Counted from the first letter of the stretch, positions 11,850 through 24,496 are shown. The stretch is DNA of 43,658 bases from Dicyema japonicum (GCA_011109175.1 RDEW01000128.1:10032-53689); one strand, 5' to 3'. Made by a program: numbers and translations. The notes: generated by a model not told the origin, from the letters alone.

Positions 11850-12600
11850 TTACCAAAATTTTGACTTGTCTTCTTACCAAGTGCTCCCTAATATAATTCT
11901 AAATATTATACATATAAATACAAGCAAAACGTCAGCAGCACTGTAATAGACCCCATTTGCTAAAATATATTATTGAGGTAAACCTCTCTCAGTTTCTAGC
12001 CCTTCGTAAATTCTTTTGAATTCATTTATCGCAACTGCGTATTGGCTTTTTGATCGTGGATCGGTTGTTGCGTCATTAATCTCCTTGAAAGTATTGTATA
12101 AAGTTCTAAAAATTTTAATCTACATGGTTAGTATTTCACAACTAAAAATTCTGTAGATGTATCACTATCTATATTTTCTAAGTCAAGTGCTTCAATTTCT
12201 ACTAAAAGACCCTGAAATTTATTTATATTAATACTTCTAGAATTATATGACTTTCTTGGGGAGGATGATCTTAAAATTTAGAAAAAAATAACGTTTCACC
12301 CATGATTTTAAATTTCTCAAAAAATTAACATATTGGTTCTAAGAATTAAAATGTATATATACGGAAGCCATTTTAACGTCGCTTAAAAAATCTAGATATT
12401 CTCCATCGACCAAACTCATCAATACGAACTGCAACAACATTTTCGTTCATTTTAATAAAATTGCTATTTAAGCTCGATAAATAATTCACGTTATATCGGA
12501 CGAGCGCGAATAATTCGGCATTAAATAATCCCTCTAGAACATTAGGGATTATAACCAATTGTTTTAGAGATTTACCACGTGGCTGGTAAATATTCTGTTA
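11850..12600 (-). pseudogene. Possible multi-exon host gene or pseudogene with micro-introns; product unknown
   Basis: Regularly spaced AT-rich GT-AG segments on the minus strand (12339-12362, 24 nt; 12270-12299, 30 nt; 12212-12234, 23 nt) separate coding-like blocks. The frame cannot be fully restored. Confidence 0.4.
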
Positions 12601-12680
12601 TGACACTTTTAGAAATAGTTCCCTTTTCTCTCAAGATTATTGATTTGTTAAGATTCCAGATTTGACCTGGTTGCCGTTTT

Positions 12681-12925
12681 TTGGTAATCAATTTAACTGA
12701 TCATGTTAACCATCACGAGGCTTCAAATGGTACCTATTTTATATTACTAAAGGTTCGAATCACGAAACTATTAGCAAAGTTATCTCTCTCTAATTGTTGG
12801 TAATCAATTTAACAGATCATGTTAACCATCACGAGGCTTCAAATGGTACCTTCGAATCCTTTCGATTTTATATTACTAAAGGTTCGAATCACGAAACTAT
12901 TAGCAAAGTTATCTCTCTCTAATTG
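12681..12925. repeat. ~116-bp tandem duplication
   Basis: 12681-12796 is repeated at 12797-12925, with a small insertion in the second copy. Confidence 0.9.
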
Positions 12926-13087
12926 TCCTGTCACCACTGCTGAATTTTTGGAAAGGAGTAAGTATCACGACCCTTCGTTTTTAGGCAATTTCCGTTGAGA
13001 TTTCTGGCATTATTGTTCCGGGCACGTCTAAGTTTATTAGGTCAATCGGAAGGTTTACGGGGAAGCGGGAGGGTGAAACTAGAATGA

Positions 13088-13299
13088 CAGAACATTGGGC
13101 TCGCGATTATGAGAGGTAGCTCCAATCACGTGAACAATGCCTGCAGACCATAATGGAGATCTGTCTTACAACTTTACTGTGATAGTTATTAGCCAGAACA
13201 TTGGGCTCGCGATTATGAGAGGTAGCTCCAATCACGTGAACAATGCCTGCAGACCATAATGGAGATCTGTCTTACAACTTTACTGTGATAGTTATTAGC
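13088..13299. repeat. 106-bp tandem duplication
   Basis: 13088-13193 appears identical to 13194-13299. Confidence 0.92.
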
Positions 13300-13310
13300 A
13301 AAATTTATTT

Positions 13311-13915
13311 AAAAACCGTCATGTGGCTCGCCGACGACGTGATGGAATTTGGAAGAAAAGATCCACACTTTTTGCTATCTTCACCAAAGGGACTCACTTT
13401 TATCCGACATGCTGAGAACAAAGTAACTTCTAAAGAAAATGAGAATTTTAAAAGTGCTCTCAAAAACACTCAAGACCAAATTGGGAGCCTTGCCACGGTT
13501 TATGAACAATTTATCCACGACAACGTATGAAGTCCTTCGTGGGCAATGCAGATTTCATGCTCCTCGTCATTGAACTATCCGCAATCCAAGAGACTGCAGT
13601 TGATTGGACCAAACACAAGATCAACCTACTAAAAGTCTTCTAATTGAATTCAACGAAAATTCTCTTAGTCGGCCAGTAAACCGAGCTGCCCCCAATTTCA
13701 TATACTATCGAAGTATCTACAAACATGTCAAAAGTTTGAGCCAAAAAGAAAAGCAGTACAGGATTCTCGACCCCANAAAGTAGTGGGGACGATGGAGGAT
13801 CACAGACGTCGAATGGCACAAGTGATTGCGAGGACTGGGATCACCTAACTGTCTGACTCTTTTGTCTTTCTTTCTCGGTGTTCCCGGGGTTATTAAAATA
13901 AATAAAATAAATAAA
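13311..13915 (+). mobile_element. Short internally deleted derivative of the 2A-family LINE
   Basis: The 5' end GTCATGTGGCTCGC-GACGACGT matches 35029 onward and is joined at ~13392 to sequence matching 36276 onward. It ends GGGATCACC...CGGTGTTCCCGGGG plus an A/T tail. Confidence 0.85.
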
Positions 13916-15729
13916 ATAATAGATATTATTAATCATAAAATAAAATCTTTTACCTTTTTTACATTTACATGGTTTAAAATAAAAGATTTTAGAATGGAAA
14001 GACAATAACCCCAGTTTGAGGCACTTTGTGCACTGTATACGAATTACATTACTACTCCTTTGCGGCAGGGCTGTATTCTATGTTTTATATTAGTAAACCG
14101 TAAATATTCCAGAGAAGTACCAGATTTCATTCATTTTTTTGTTAGCCTTGTCTAAAGGAACTTTTAGTAGTTGTTGACTGTGTTATAATTAAGTTTATTG
14201 ATTCTTTCTAAATATAAATATCTCCGGCTTTTTATAGATAGTGCATCCAATCAAATATCAACGCATCATTATATTATTCAATTGACTTGTTAGGGACAAA
14301 CTTTTAGGACACAGGTGTATACATGCCTTCCGGCATAATTGTAGTTAAACACGTGGTTGTTAGATTGTCAATGTTCTTGAAAACATGTTTCATCTTGAAT
14401 TTTGAAGAAAGCAGAGATACTCTTAGATCAGAGATGTCTCATTCATAGGAGTTGATGATCTCTCCATATTAACTGATTTATTTTCCCTCCAGTTAAATAC
14501 TGGCAAGTGAATGTTCTCTAATCTTTGATGTGAGATAATATGGTGTTATTTACAGGATGATCTAATCTGGAATGTGATATACTTTTACGGAGGAACTCCA
14601 AGATGATGGTCATATGGGTCTTCCATTGAGATTCAGCCCATATAATTCCTACTTTTCTTAAATCTGAGTTTCCTAGCAATCTTCGGGCGAACTTGTTTGC
14701 TCTTCATAGGGTGAATGTTCTAAACTCAACAACCCAATGTTATTAACCCCCGAGAAAGAAGTTAACAAACTAATTAAATGTATCCAGTTTTCCACTGTCA
14801 CAGAATGTCCTCCCAATGTCACACAAGTCCACTCAGAACCAGCATAAAAGGTAAAAGATATCCATTCTTGCAGTTATGAGAACCCCTCCAGTGGATGGGG
14901 AGAGTAAATGATCCTTTTTCATGCAACCTTAGCACTAGATTACATAACGATACACTATTAAAAAGGAAGAGGAAGTAACAGAAGAGACAAAATATCTTCA
15001 ATCAAGTATCCACATAAGCCCCATACTACCGTTGGCGACACACGACTCGCGCTTTCATATTTAGCAATATAGCTATTATGGTAAGGAGATTTTTTGATTT
15101 TATAACTTTTGATTTTCACAATATTTTTAAATGAGAACAACATTTTTAGTTAAGTTAGTTCCTTTCGCGTTGCACTGACAAGGTCGGGGTTCGCTTGAGC
15201 CATAGTTTCAACAATCCTCGCTGTCATCAGTTTCTAGGACCTTTTTTCTGTGCTGCATTCGAATATCATCCAGGTCATCAATGGAATTGAATTTTTTTCC
15301 TACTTTTTTAGGCATACTGACAAGTTTTGAACAAATTTAAAGAATTTAAAAGAACATATGAATTTATTGACACAATCACCATAACCATTAGCTAAAATAT
15401 GTGGGGTAATTGAGGAAATTAGTTTTCCATAAAAGAACGAATGTTGGTCTTTATGGGGACAGCGAAAGACTCCTTTCCATAACCCTCCTAATTAAGTGAG
15501 CAGACGCACCCAGTCTTGTATTAGTCCGTCCGGAGGGCATCCTCAATTGTATTGGAAAGGGGATCTGCAGCGACAGGACGAGGAGCCTTAGGGGATCTTC
15601 ACCGGAATATTCCGGGAAAAACCTTGCTCCGAGATTAGACGTAAGATTGATTCAGAGTCCATGACTGATAATTTTTGACTTGAATAACACAAAATAGTCC
15701 TAGTGATATGACATATTTTTTAAAATCCC

Positions 15730-18045
15730 TTTTTTTATTATTATTTAAGCCAAAGAAACACCGTCTTAACCAATAACTAATATTCAGTGATCCCGGCATC
15801 TCTCAATAATCGGGCCATTTTTTCTCGATGCTCAGACCGTGATCCCACGCATTTTCTATACGGACAGGGGTCTTTTTCTTTTCCTCTTCTGAAATTGCCT
15901 CCAGTTGCCTCTATGATAGACTCGAGTGCTCTGGGGGCAATTTCTTTATCTGTATATTTTTCCAGTAATTTTTTTGCTCTTGACTGATCTCTTGAATTTT
16001 TGTTAGTTCGTTGCCGACAGGTTAGATCCCCATGCAGCACATGCATAGCCTATTGTGGCTCGACATAATGCTTGTAGAGGTCCCGATACCTTGCGGATAA
16101 ATTCCTCCAAGTTCCAAAGGAAGGCCTTTACAAAAATTGATCTTCTTTGCACAGGTTGATATTGATAGATTCCACATGGGCTGAGAAGCAGAGGAACATG
16201 CATTTAATCGATTTTCGCACAACCATCCAAATATGTTATTTAGTATTTCTTGTAGTCTTTCTTTAGCATGTTCGACATTAACGTCCCTAGATGCGACAAC
16301 TATGTCATCGGCATAGAAAGTAGCATGTCATTATTATTCATATGTAGATCACTCAAAAAAATTAAAAAGGATTGGTGACAGAGAAGATCCTTGGGTACAC
16401 CATTGGGTAATAATCCCGATCTGGAACTCTTGTTTCCGACAGACACTTTCCCTCGGCGTCCACTTACGAAATTTGCTAACCATAACTTTAATGGTGCATC
16501 AATTTTTGTCAAAAATATTTTTCGTATGAGGATCTTCCTTGGGACAGAGTCGAAAGCTTTTTGAATGTCGATCGTACATATGACCGATTTTCCTGTTTTG
16601 GCTTGTTCTTGTGTCCTTCAGTTATGAACTTCATTAATGTTGTTAGGAAGGAGGTTGTTGATAATCCTTCCTTGAAGCCATGTTGAAATGTAGGTTGTGG
16701 GAGAGAAGGACGAATAAGTTTTATGATTAGTTTCTCCAGGATCCTCGACAAAACACATATAAAAGAAACTGGTCTGTAAGAGCCGGGATCGTTCTTCGGT
16801 CTTCCCAGCTTCAATATTGGTCGAATTTTTGATAGTTTCCATAAAGTCGGTATGGTATTTATGTTCAACGATGTGTTGTAGATGATTGTTAATGCATTTA
16901 TTGATGCTGGGCCCAAGTGTTTCAGCAGAATAAGAGAAATACCGTCTGGGCCACATGAGTTTGTTTTTTTCTGATTTGATATTGCTTTGGATACATCTTT
17001 AGGAAGAAAATAAATCAGAGTGCAAATTTGGATGGCTTTCTCTTTATTTTCGTTTGTGTGTTAATCTTTTGATAATGAATGTGACTGATTCGAATACAAT
17101 GTTTCATATATTTATTCAGATTGAGCTGGCATTGTTCTTTGTTATCTTTGTATTCTAGGTTCTTCAGACGCCTCAAAATCTTCCACATGTTGGAAATTGA
17201 GGTCTGATTATTCATGGCAGCAAAGATTCGCATGAGTTTCCTCCTTCGGGTGTTGTTTGTGCTTTTCGTGATAAGAATGTTTAGTGACCTGATTCGATTA
17301 ATGACCTCTCGTGAACGATGTGTCATTCTCTCAAGGTTGTTCTTTCTATAATTATTTTCTTTGTTTTTGAGTCGTATTTCAATTTTTCGTTTTTTATATA
17401 TGCTTTTCTGATAAAAATTTTTCTCCCGTCAATGATTGTTTTGTTGAAATAGTATACAGCTTTGTCTATGGAGGAGAAATTTTCAGGATGGAAATTTTGC
17501 AGTTTTGAATCAACAAAATTTGTAAAGCCAGTCCAATTTGCATTTTTGTAATCATAGAAATGAATAGGCTTCGGTACAAAGCGTGGCTCGCAGTTCAGTT
17601 TCATTATCATTGAATGGTGGTCACTCTGGAGGTCATAAAGGATCGTCCAATTAATGATCAGGAAAAGACGCAGCAAGCAGATTGACAAGTCCGGAGATGT
17701 CACCATGTCCTTCGTGTTGTATGGCGTCCTAGTGTTTTTTTTTCGGGTTGTTGATGATTATGAAGTTTTTCATTTGGGATAATAGCAGGTTTCCTCTGTT
17801 ATCAGCGGCCTGGTAGCGGAACCAAGAAGGGTGCTTCGCATTAAGGTCTCCACATAAAAGCAAGTTCTCCAGTTTGTCCAAGGTAGATAGGTCAAATAAG
17901 AAATTTTTCTTGCAGGAGCCAAAAAGAGGAACATAAACATTCGCAATTTCAATTTTTCCAATGGAAGTTATAACAGAGATTCCAATTATCTCCGTGTTCG
18001 AGTCTTCCATTAAGCCCTTGTAAAAAAAGGGTTCTCGAGGTATTT
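15730..18045 (-). mobile_element. 2A-family LINE, 5'-truncated, frameshifted APE-RT
   Basis: ANVYVP, CGDLNAKH, SDHH, GPDG, SYRPVS, QHGF, NGVP and YADD-like motifs; C-terminus RKCVGSRSEHREKM...AGIT; (TAA)n tail at ~15736-15747. Confidence 0.88.
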
Positions 18046-18239
18046 TATTCCTTTTCTCACAAGAGTCAGTAGACCCCAACTTGGCCAGATGGGCGGTCGG
18101 ATCTGAACAAGTTAATAGCATTTAATTTTATTACCAATAACATTTCAACACATCTTTTGTACCTTTTCCCGTAACTTGTTAGAACACAATATTTTGCTAG
18201 ATTTGTTATCTAATGCCACCAAATAATATGCCAAAAACT

Positions 18240-18570
18240 CCCGTTGCCGAGTTGCTGACAATGTCTCGATGATGGTGCTGAAACACCTTGGTGAAAAACA
18301 ACCGAATTCCTATTATACGTTTATTCTCTATCTGTGAACAATAACATGATACCTTCTATATAAAAGAAATCCATATTCTGCCAATTCGGAAGCCAAACAA
18401 ACCTGCCAACGATCCCTCTTCTTATCGTCCAATTGCAATATGTGCGATTTTCCGAATTTTAAAAAAATTAATCCTAACACGAATCAAAGATATTGTATCG
18501 AATTTTAGAAAAATTAATCCTAACACGAATCAAAGATACAGCATGGATTCCGTGAAAATCATTCTAGTTT
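18240..18570 (+). pseudogene. LINE RT N-terminal fragment
   Basis: ILPIRKPNKPANDPSSYRPIA and HGFRENHS. Confidence 0.7.
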
Positions 18571-20442
18571 GAAAAAAAGATTACGAAGAAACGAGATACT
18601 TATCCGACAAGAAACAGACAAAAAAAAGCAGGACAAGAAGTAAGAAATTTTGAAAGTATAATAATTGTTTTCATATGACATCGTTTGGAACAACAGGTAA
18701 GTTTATTTATAAAAGTTATATGCCCACATTTAAGGTTCTTGGTCAAGTTTATCATAGGATGAGGTATAGTAAGAAATTACGGTACTCCAGATTTATTCAT
18801 TATGATTACGTGCAATCCTAAATGGCCAGAAATTATTGATTACTTATTTATAGATCAAATGTCCGAGAATAGACATAATTGCACGAGTTTTTAGACAGAA
18901 AATTATGAAACTGATAGACATAATTACGAAGAGTCATATATATGGGAAGACACGATGTCATATGTATACAGTTGAATGGCAGAAAAGAGCAATTGATGAA
19001 GGGGTATACAGTGACTATTAACGAAGGCAAGGTAAATGAAATAACAGTTTTTTTATTCACCAATCTGTTAAAGGCTGAGATATGGAAGATTTCTTTTTTG
19101 ATTATATGCTTAAAGTAGGTCAACAATGTTCAAATTATTTCAAGAAAAAGGAATTGAGATTGCTTCGTTGGCCTTCGATTTTCCTAGTCCATTGATGACG
19201 TCGTTTATCGCAAGACACTATAAAATGTCCCACAGCATACTAGCAAAGAAAAAATTTGTCATTTTCGACAAATTTTTTCAGCTCAACAGAAATATTTTAC
19301 TCAATAAACTCCCAGAAGTGCAGAGGATGACTGTACGACGTGTAGACGTATGTAAGACAATATTCACGACTGTCGACCAAGTATCCGAGTGGTTGGGTTA
19401 GTTGGGCTTCCAGATCATCTATTAAAATTAAAGATTGGTAGTCCAACCATGTTGATGAGAAATTTCCAACCTCGCAAACCATGTAATGTGATTTTTGTAA
19501 CCACCACCTTGTGGCACGTGCTACGGTATGTTGAGACAATCTTCATGACTGTCGACCAAGTTGCCAAGTGGTTGGGATTTCATCATATCTGTAATGATCT
19601 TCCTTGGTTCGAATCCTCCGTTGGTCACTTGCTCAAAGTAATTTAAATCTATGTTTTATCCTTTTCTTTTTTCAATGAACGTCGCAGGTAACCCTAGTGC
19701 CGGACGGCATTAAAAATGGTTATTCCAAGCAAGAGTGTTCAAAAACTTTGTAAATCCAATGATTCTCAAAGGAGTAGAATCTTAGTATTTTAGTGCTGAG
19801 ATCGTATGCTAGTTCCATTGGCATCATGTAGTTCCAATGACACACTTCTCACTTCTAATTGGTCTCTATCTTCAATAATCTCTGTAAGACGGCCCTCATG
19901 ATTTGTTTGCAAACTGGTGAAAAAAGACATACACATCACCACTAAAATAATTCTATATTTGAAGTCTAATATTATAGAAGCAACGATAATAACGGGGCGA
20001 AATAAAGGAGAAGACGTTTATATTCCAAGAATTCCAATAATTTCGGATGAATTACCAATTAAATTTAAGAGACCACAATTTCCATTGAAGTTGAGTTTCG
20101 CAATGACAATCATCAAATCACAGGGACAAACTCTTAAAGTAGAGGTTTATCTTTAGCAAGTGAATGTTTTGCACATGGACAGTTATATGTAGGTTGTTCT
20201 AGAGTGGGTGAACAAGAAAACCTATTCATATACACGAAGGATGGTCGTACAAGCAATGTTGTATATCAACAAGCATTACAATAAGATATTTGATAATTTT
20301 TACTATAACAATCAGTTTTTTTAATAAAATAGTTTAATTCGTTAAATATAATTCACTATGGAAAAAACTGATCTTCGAAGGTGTGAACGACAGCCGTCCA
20401 CAGGACCTAGCTCGCAGTAAGCGAAGCGAGCTGCCGAGTTAG
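18570..20442 (+). mobile_element. Decayed, internally deleted Helitron (Rep and Pif1-like helicase remnants)
   Basis: YNNCFHMTSFG, PTFKV-GQVYHR, Rep motifs YGTPDLF--TCNPKWPEI and YTVEWQKR; helicase C-terminus IPRIP, FAMTI-KSQGQT, HGQLYVGCSRV; 3' hairpin AGCTCGC...GCGAGCT (20409-20432) followed by TTAG|T. The 5' boundary is approximate. Confidence 0.85.
19554..19627 (+). ncRNA. Degenerate tRNA-like sequence (pseudogene or SINE head)
   Basis: Acceptor-like GACCAA/TTGGTC-A, A-box-like TGCCAAGTGG and B-box GGTTCGAATCC. The stems are imperfect, and a partial second copy lies at ~19374. Confidence 0.45.
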
Positions 20443-20596
20443 TTCTTAATAAAATTAAAACATTGACATAAGCTGATTCTTTTTTGCTTTTAAGTAAAAA
20501 AACAACTTGGAATAGATTTGCCAAATGTGAAACAATGGAAACAACCTACTTTTAATCAGTTTTTTCCTCCTACTTTTAATTTTAAAGTATGATGAG

Positions 20597-22467
20597 TAGG
20601 GCAATTTAAGTGCTAAAATGCTATTTTTATTTTTTATACTTATTTTAATATAAAATAGAATTTGGAATTATTATTTTTTAATTTTGTTAAAAAAGAACAT
20701 ACATTATAAATGCTATAAGTGCTTTTTTTAATTTTAAATGCTAAGTTTTTTTTAAATGCTAATTTAAATTGCATTTAAATAATCATTTTAATATCACCCA
20801 TAAAATGATAATAAAATAATTTAAATAAAATAATTTAGCACGCTATATAGTATTTTTAGTGATGCCAAAACCCAAGTGTTCGTTGCTTAAGAAAGCTAAT
20901 CGTATAGTCTCGGAATTCAAAGATGAGTTCTGTATTGCTGACGATGGCCTTCTAATTTGTTCTCTTCGTTAATCCAAAGTCAACTGTTCAAAAAAATTTT
21001 CAGTTGATTCTCATCGTTCTTCTTTAAAACATCAGAACAATATGCGTATAAATTTGTTAATACAATTGTAGGTCATTCATGTAATTCAGTTCAAACAACA
21101 TTAACTGAATCAATCCAAGTAGATTCGGCTAATGAAACGATCACGGAAGCTTTTGTACAAGCAAACATCCCGCTGTACAAATTAAATAACGATTCGATCA
21201 AAAAAGTGTTTAAAACATTTAAAATTAACATTCCTTCCGAATTTTCATGCAGAACTACGGTCAAGTTTCTTGCAGAAAAAAAGATAAATGAGTTGACAAA
21301 ATTATTAACGTATTAAAATTTATTTTCAACTTTTAGAAACGAAAAGATTTTTTATAATAATTGATGAAACAGATATCCGAAGGAAAAGTTTTGTAGTGAT
21401 TCTAATTGGGAGCATTCGCTTTCCAACAAAATCCTATTTGGTTGAATGCAATACACTGGAAAATCATGTTACTGCTGCTATCATCTGCCAATTAATAGAT
21501 GACGTCATTAGAGAAATGAAAATTATTCGTGACAATTTTTATCTACTAATTTCAGATGCCACTCCGTATATGATTTCTGGTGATATAAATTTATTTAAAT
21601 AAATAGGTGGTAAAAACATTAATGGTCATGTACAACAACATGTTTCTAATTTGTTACACAATACGATTTTACGTATAAAGTGTGCATATCCGGAAATAGA
21701 TGGCTCAATTGCAAGCATTAAAGCTGCTACAGTAAAAAACGAAAACGTCGTAATTTGTTCAAGGATCTTGGATACCAACTGATGTGGTAATTACTAGGTA
21801 TTCTTTTGCTTAATTTATGCAGATGGGGAAGTTGGTTTCAAGCAAGTGAAATATTATTTCATGAATTTTGAAATAATTTTTGAAATTGTTAACGCATTTC
21901 AGTCAGATGGAGTTTAGTATCAAATGCTAAACATCATGTCAACAATCCGGATATAAAGTTTCAATTAACGGAAATTCATATAAAATTATTCGCAAATAGT
22001 AGATCCTCTTAAACTTTCGCAGTGTTGTGACTACTCAATCAATCGGGCATATTATGATATACAAGGAATACATTTTGATAATGACAAGGAAAATATCTAA
22101 AAATATATAAATAAAAGAATGGATTTAAACCTATTATTGAAATGACTGACCAAAAATTGGCAAACAATATTATTTTTCTTTTACACGCTGTCAGGCATCC
22201 TCAGCATCTGTTGAAAGAGCTATTAAAATGATAAAAATGTTTAAAAAAGGATAGGAATTCCATCCAGACAATATCATGCACTACCTTTTATTATATTACA
22301 ATAATAAAATTTAAATGTATATTTTTATTATTTAAGTAATAGATTATACAATTTTAAATGCTAGATTTTATCATTTTAAGTGCTAATTTTATAATTATAA
22401 TTGCTAGATTTTGTGATTTTTTTAGCGCTAAAAAATATTTTTTAACTGCTAGAAACAACTTGCCCTA
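20597..22467 (+). mobile_element. Complete hAT-superfamily DNA transposon
   Basis: TIRs TAGGGCAA/TTGCCCTA; perfect 8-bp TSD ATGATGAG (20589-20596 and 22468-22475); subterminal TGCTA repeats at both ends. Confidence 0.92.
20862..22314 (+). pseudogene. hAT (CGGBP1-like) transposase with four 25-27-nt introns
   Basis: Degenerate zinc-finger N-terminus, ANIPLYKL, IIIDET, SDATPYM, TRWGSW (formed only after splicing) and SASVER. Introns are at 21046-21071, 21310-21336, 21580-21606 and 21798-21822; some stops and indels remain. Confidence 0.85.
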
Positions 22468-24249
22468 ATGATGAGGCATTTATTTGAGAGGGCAATACAG
22501 CTATTTGTATGTACTACAGTAATCAAATGCAATGAAAAAGACAGTGAAAAAATTACACCATTGTTTTGTTGTTCAATGAATGGAGAAATTTGCAATCCAT
22601 TATTTATTGTAAAAGTAAAATCCTCGGTGCTTTAAGCAATATGATCTTAAAGCAAACAATATTAAATATGTTGCAAATAAGACAGCTTGGTTAACGAAAG
22701 ACATTTCTATATATTAATGAACTGAATAATAAATTTATTAAAGAAAACGACACATTTCTTTTGTTAATGGACAATTTTACAGGTCATAATATTGAAGAGC
22801 CAAGTAATATCAAATTTAATTTCATTCCTCCAAATACCAGTTCAGTAATTACCTTCAGATATGGAAATTGTTAAAGTAATTAAAAGCAAATACAAAGCTC
22901 AACTTCAACAGAATTTAATTAATCTTTGGGAATGCGAAAAAGTTAAATTTAAATCTATAAATTGATAGAATATTTTGGATTAAAGAAGCCGTAAAGTTTA
23001 ATTTCTAAAGACACTGTTATTAATTGTTGGAAAAAAGCTGGTTTGTACTATGAAGAAGTAAATCCTGACAATATGGTGTCAGAAGATATTGAATTCAATG
23101 AACCTTTGGAATATGAATTTAAAATGTGAATGAATCAATAATTTTCAATCCCGAAAAAAACCATTGAAGAAAGAATTGGCCAATATGATTATATGTTCAT
23201 TTGATGAGGTTTGAATCCAAATTAAATAAAGCTTCAATTAATAAAGGAAAAAGTGATATTAGAGTATATTTGAAATAAATTTGTTGATTAAAAATAATTA
23301 AAATATTACATGGGGACAAATAATTATATGGGACGATTTTTTAAACATACCTCTTTTTTGTCCCATATAAACGTGTCACCACTGTAGATGCAATTCTTGA
23401 TTTTTTTCTTTAGGTTGACTGTCTTAGATGATAATAACATCCTCTAATATGTATTCGTCTCTCAAATACTGCAAGGACAGCTCGAAATACGAATCTTCAA
23501 AGTCTGCCATAATAGTTTCAAGACAAAATTCCAAATTCAAATTATGAATTGCATTTTGAATAGCCTCAAAAATTCTTCGTAAATCTTTCGTGATTTAGAA
23601 GGTAATATTCCATAAATAACTGTAATTGCACTGGCATTGAACTGAATCCTGATAAAATAGATTTGCTAATAAGATACATCGTGCCATGGAGAAATTTCCA
23701 TCCATATACCATGATTTTGAATTCGCCAATAACGTTAAATTAGTTTTGGTGCTGAATATTAATATTCTATCGGTTCTTCTATGATTATCATAAATTAAAA
23801 AATTTTCTGAAATCTGGACCAAGAGTTAAAATTTAAAAGGATGGAATATCTCCAGGTTGAAAATATTTTTTGAATAGGTAGAGACAATCGTTGATTCCTT
23901 AGTGTTCGCTTGAAAGAATCTGCAGAAGGGAGAATAATTCTGGTTGCTGTTTCACATTGAGACACAACCTTTGAATAGATTGTAAGGGATTTTCTTGACT
24001 CGTTTTAGCAATAAGTTTTGCTTCGTTGCACCAATTTCATCAGTTTTATTTGTCTTTCGTCAAATTTCGTGATTGTGAGAGATTCCTTCTTTGGGAAATT
24101 CAAAATTATGATCTGTTCTTAGGATTCCTCAGCATCATTGTGAAGATTTTTTTCACACGTTTAAAAATTATATAGTTTTTTGTCACCGAGTTACTTTGTA
24201 TACAAAACCTTAAAACAAATTTTCTTTCCTCCTTTGTTAGTTGATATTA

Positions 24250-24321
24250 TGTCAAGAACCTAGGGTGTTACCGAGCCTAAATGGTTACACTTAGGCTCGG
24301 TAACACCCTAGGTTCGTGACA
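24250..24321. mobile_element. 72-bp fold-back MITE with TGTCA...TGACA ends
   Basis: 31-bp inverted arms (1 mismatch), a 10-nt spacer and a 5-bp TSD TATTA. Removing it restores the MULE start codons M-E-I-I-S-T. Confidence 0.88.
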
Positions 24322-24496
24322 TATTATCTCCATTTTGTCACTTATTTTTGCGGCAAGCATAATATTAAAGATACGCTTAATTATAACTTTGAAATCCGTA
24401 TATTGATTAAGTCAAAAAGATTAAACCAAAGCAAAAAAAGTCAAGTCAATTTTATTATTACCTTGAAATTCTTAAATTGATTTAGTCAAAGCGAAA

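Larger units (their letters stand above)
20500..23384 (+). mobile_element. pogo/Tigger (Tc1-mariner, DDE_1) transposon remnant interrupted by a hAT element
   Basis: After the hAT is removed, DE...LFCCSMNGE, PRCFK, NKTAWL, LLMDNFTGH and FIPPNTSS appear. The right end reads ...CCACTG|TA (CAGT-type TIR with TA). The left end is not found. Confidence 0.8.

Noticed and set aside
12750-12890. GGTTCGAATC B-box-like motifs suggesting tRNAs
   Set aside because: There is no A-box or cloverleaf context, and they recur only because of the tandem duplication.
14003-14020. AATAACCCCAGTTTGAG resembles the nematode SL1 spliced leader
   Set aside because: It has several mismatches, no following GT donor and no clear Sm site; probably chance.
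14300-14950. Penelope-like GIY-YIG remnant on the minus strand
   Set aside because: Only scattered weak motif resemblances in different frames; not supportable.
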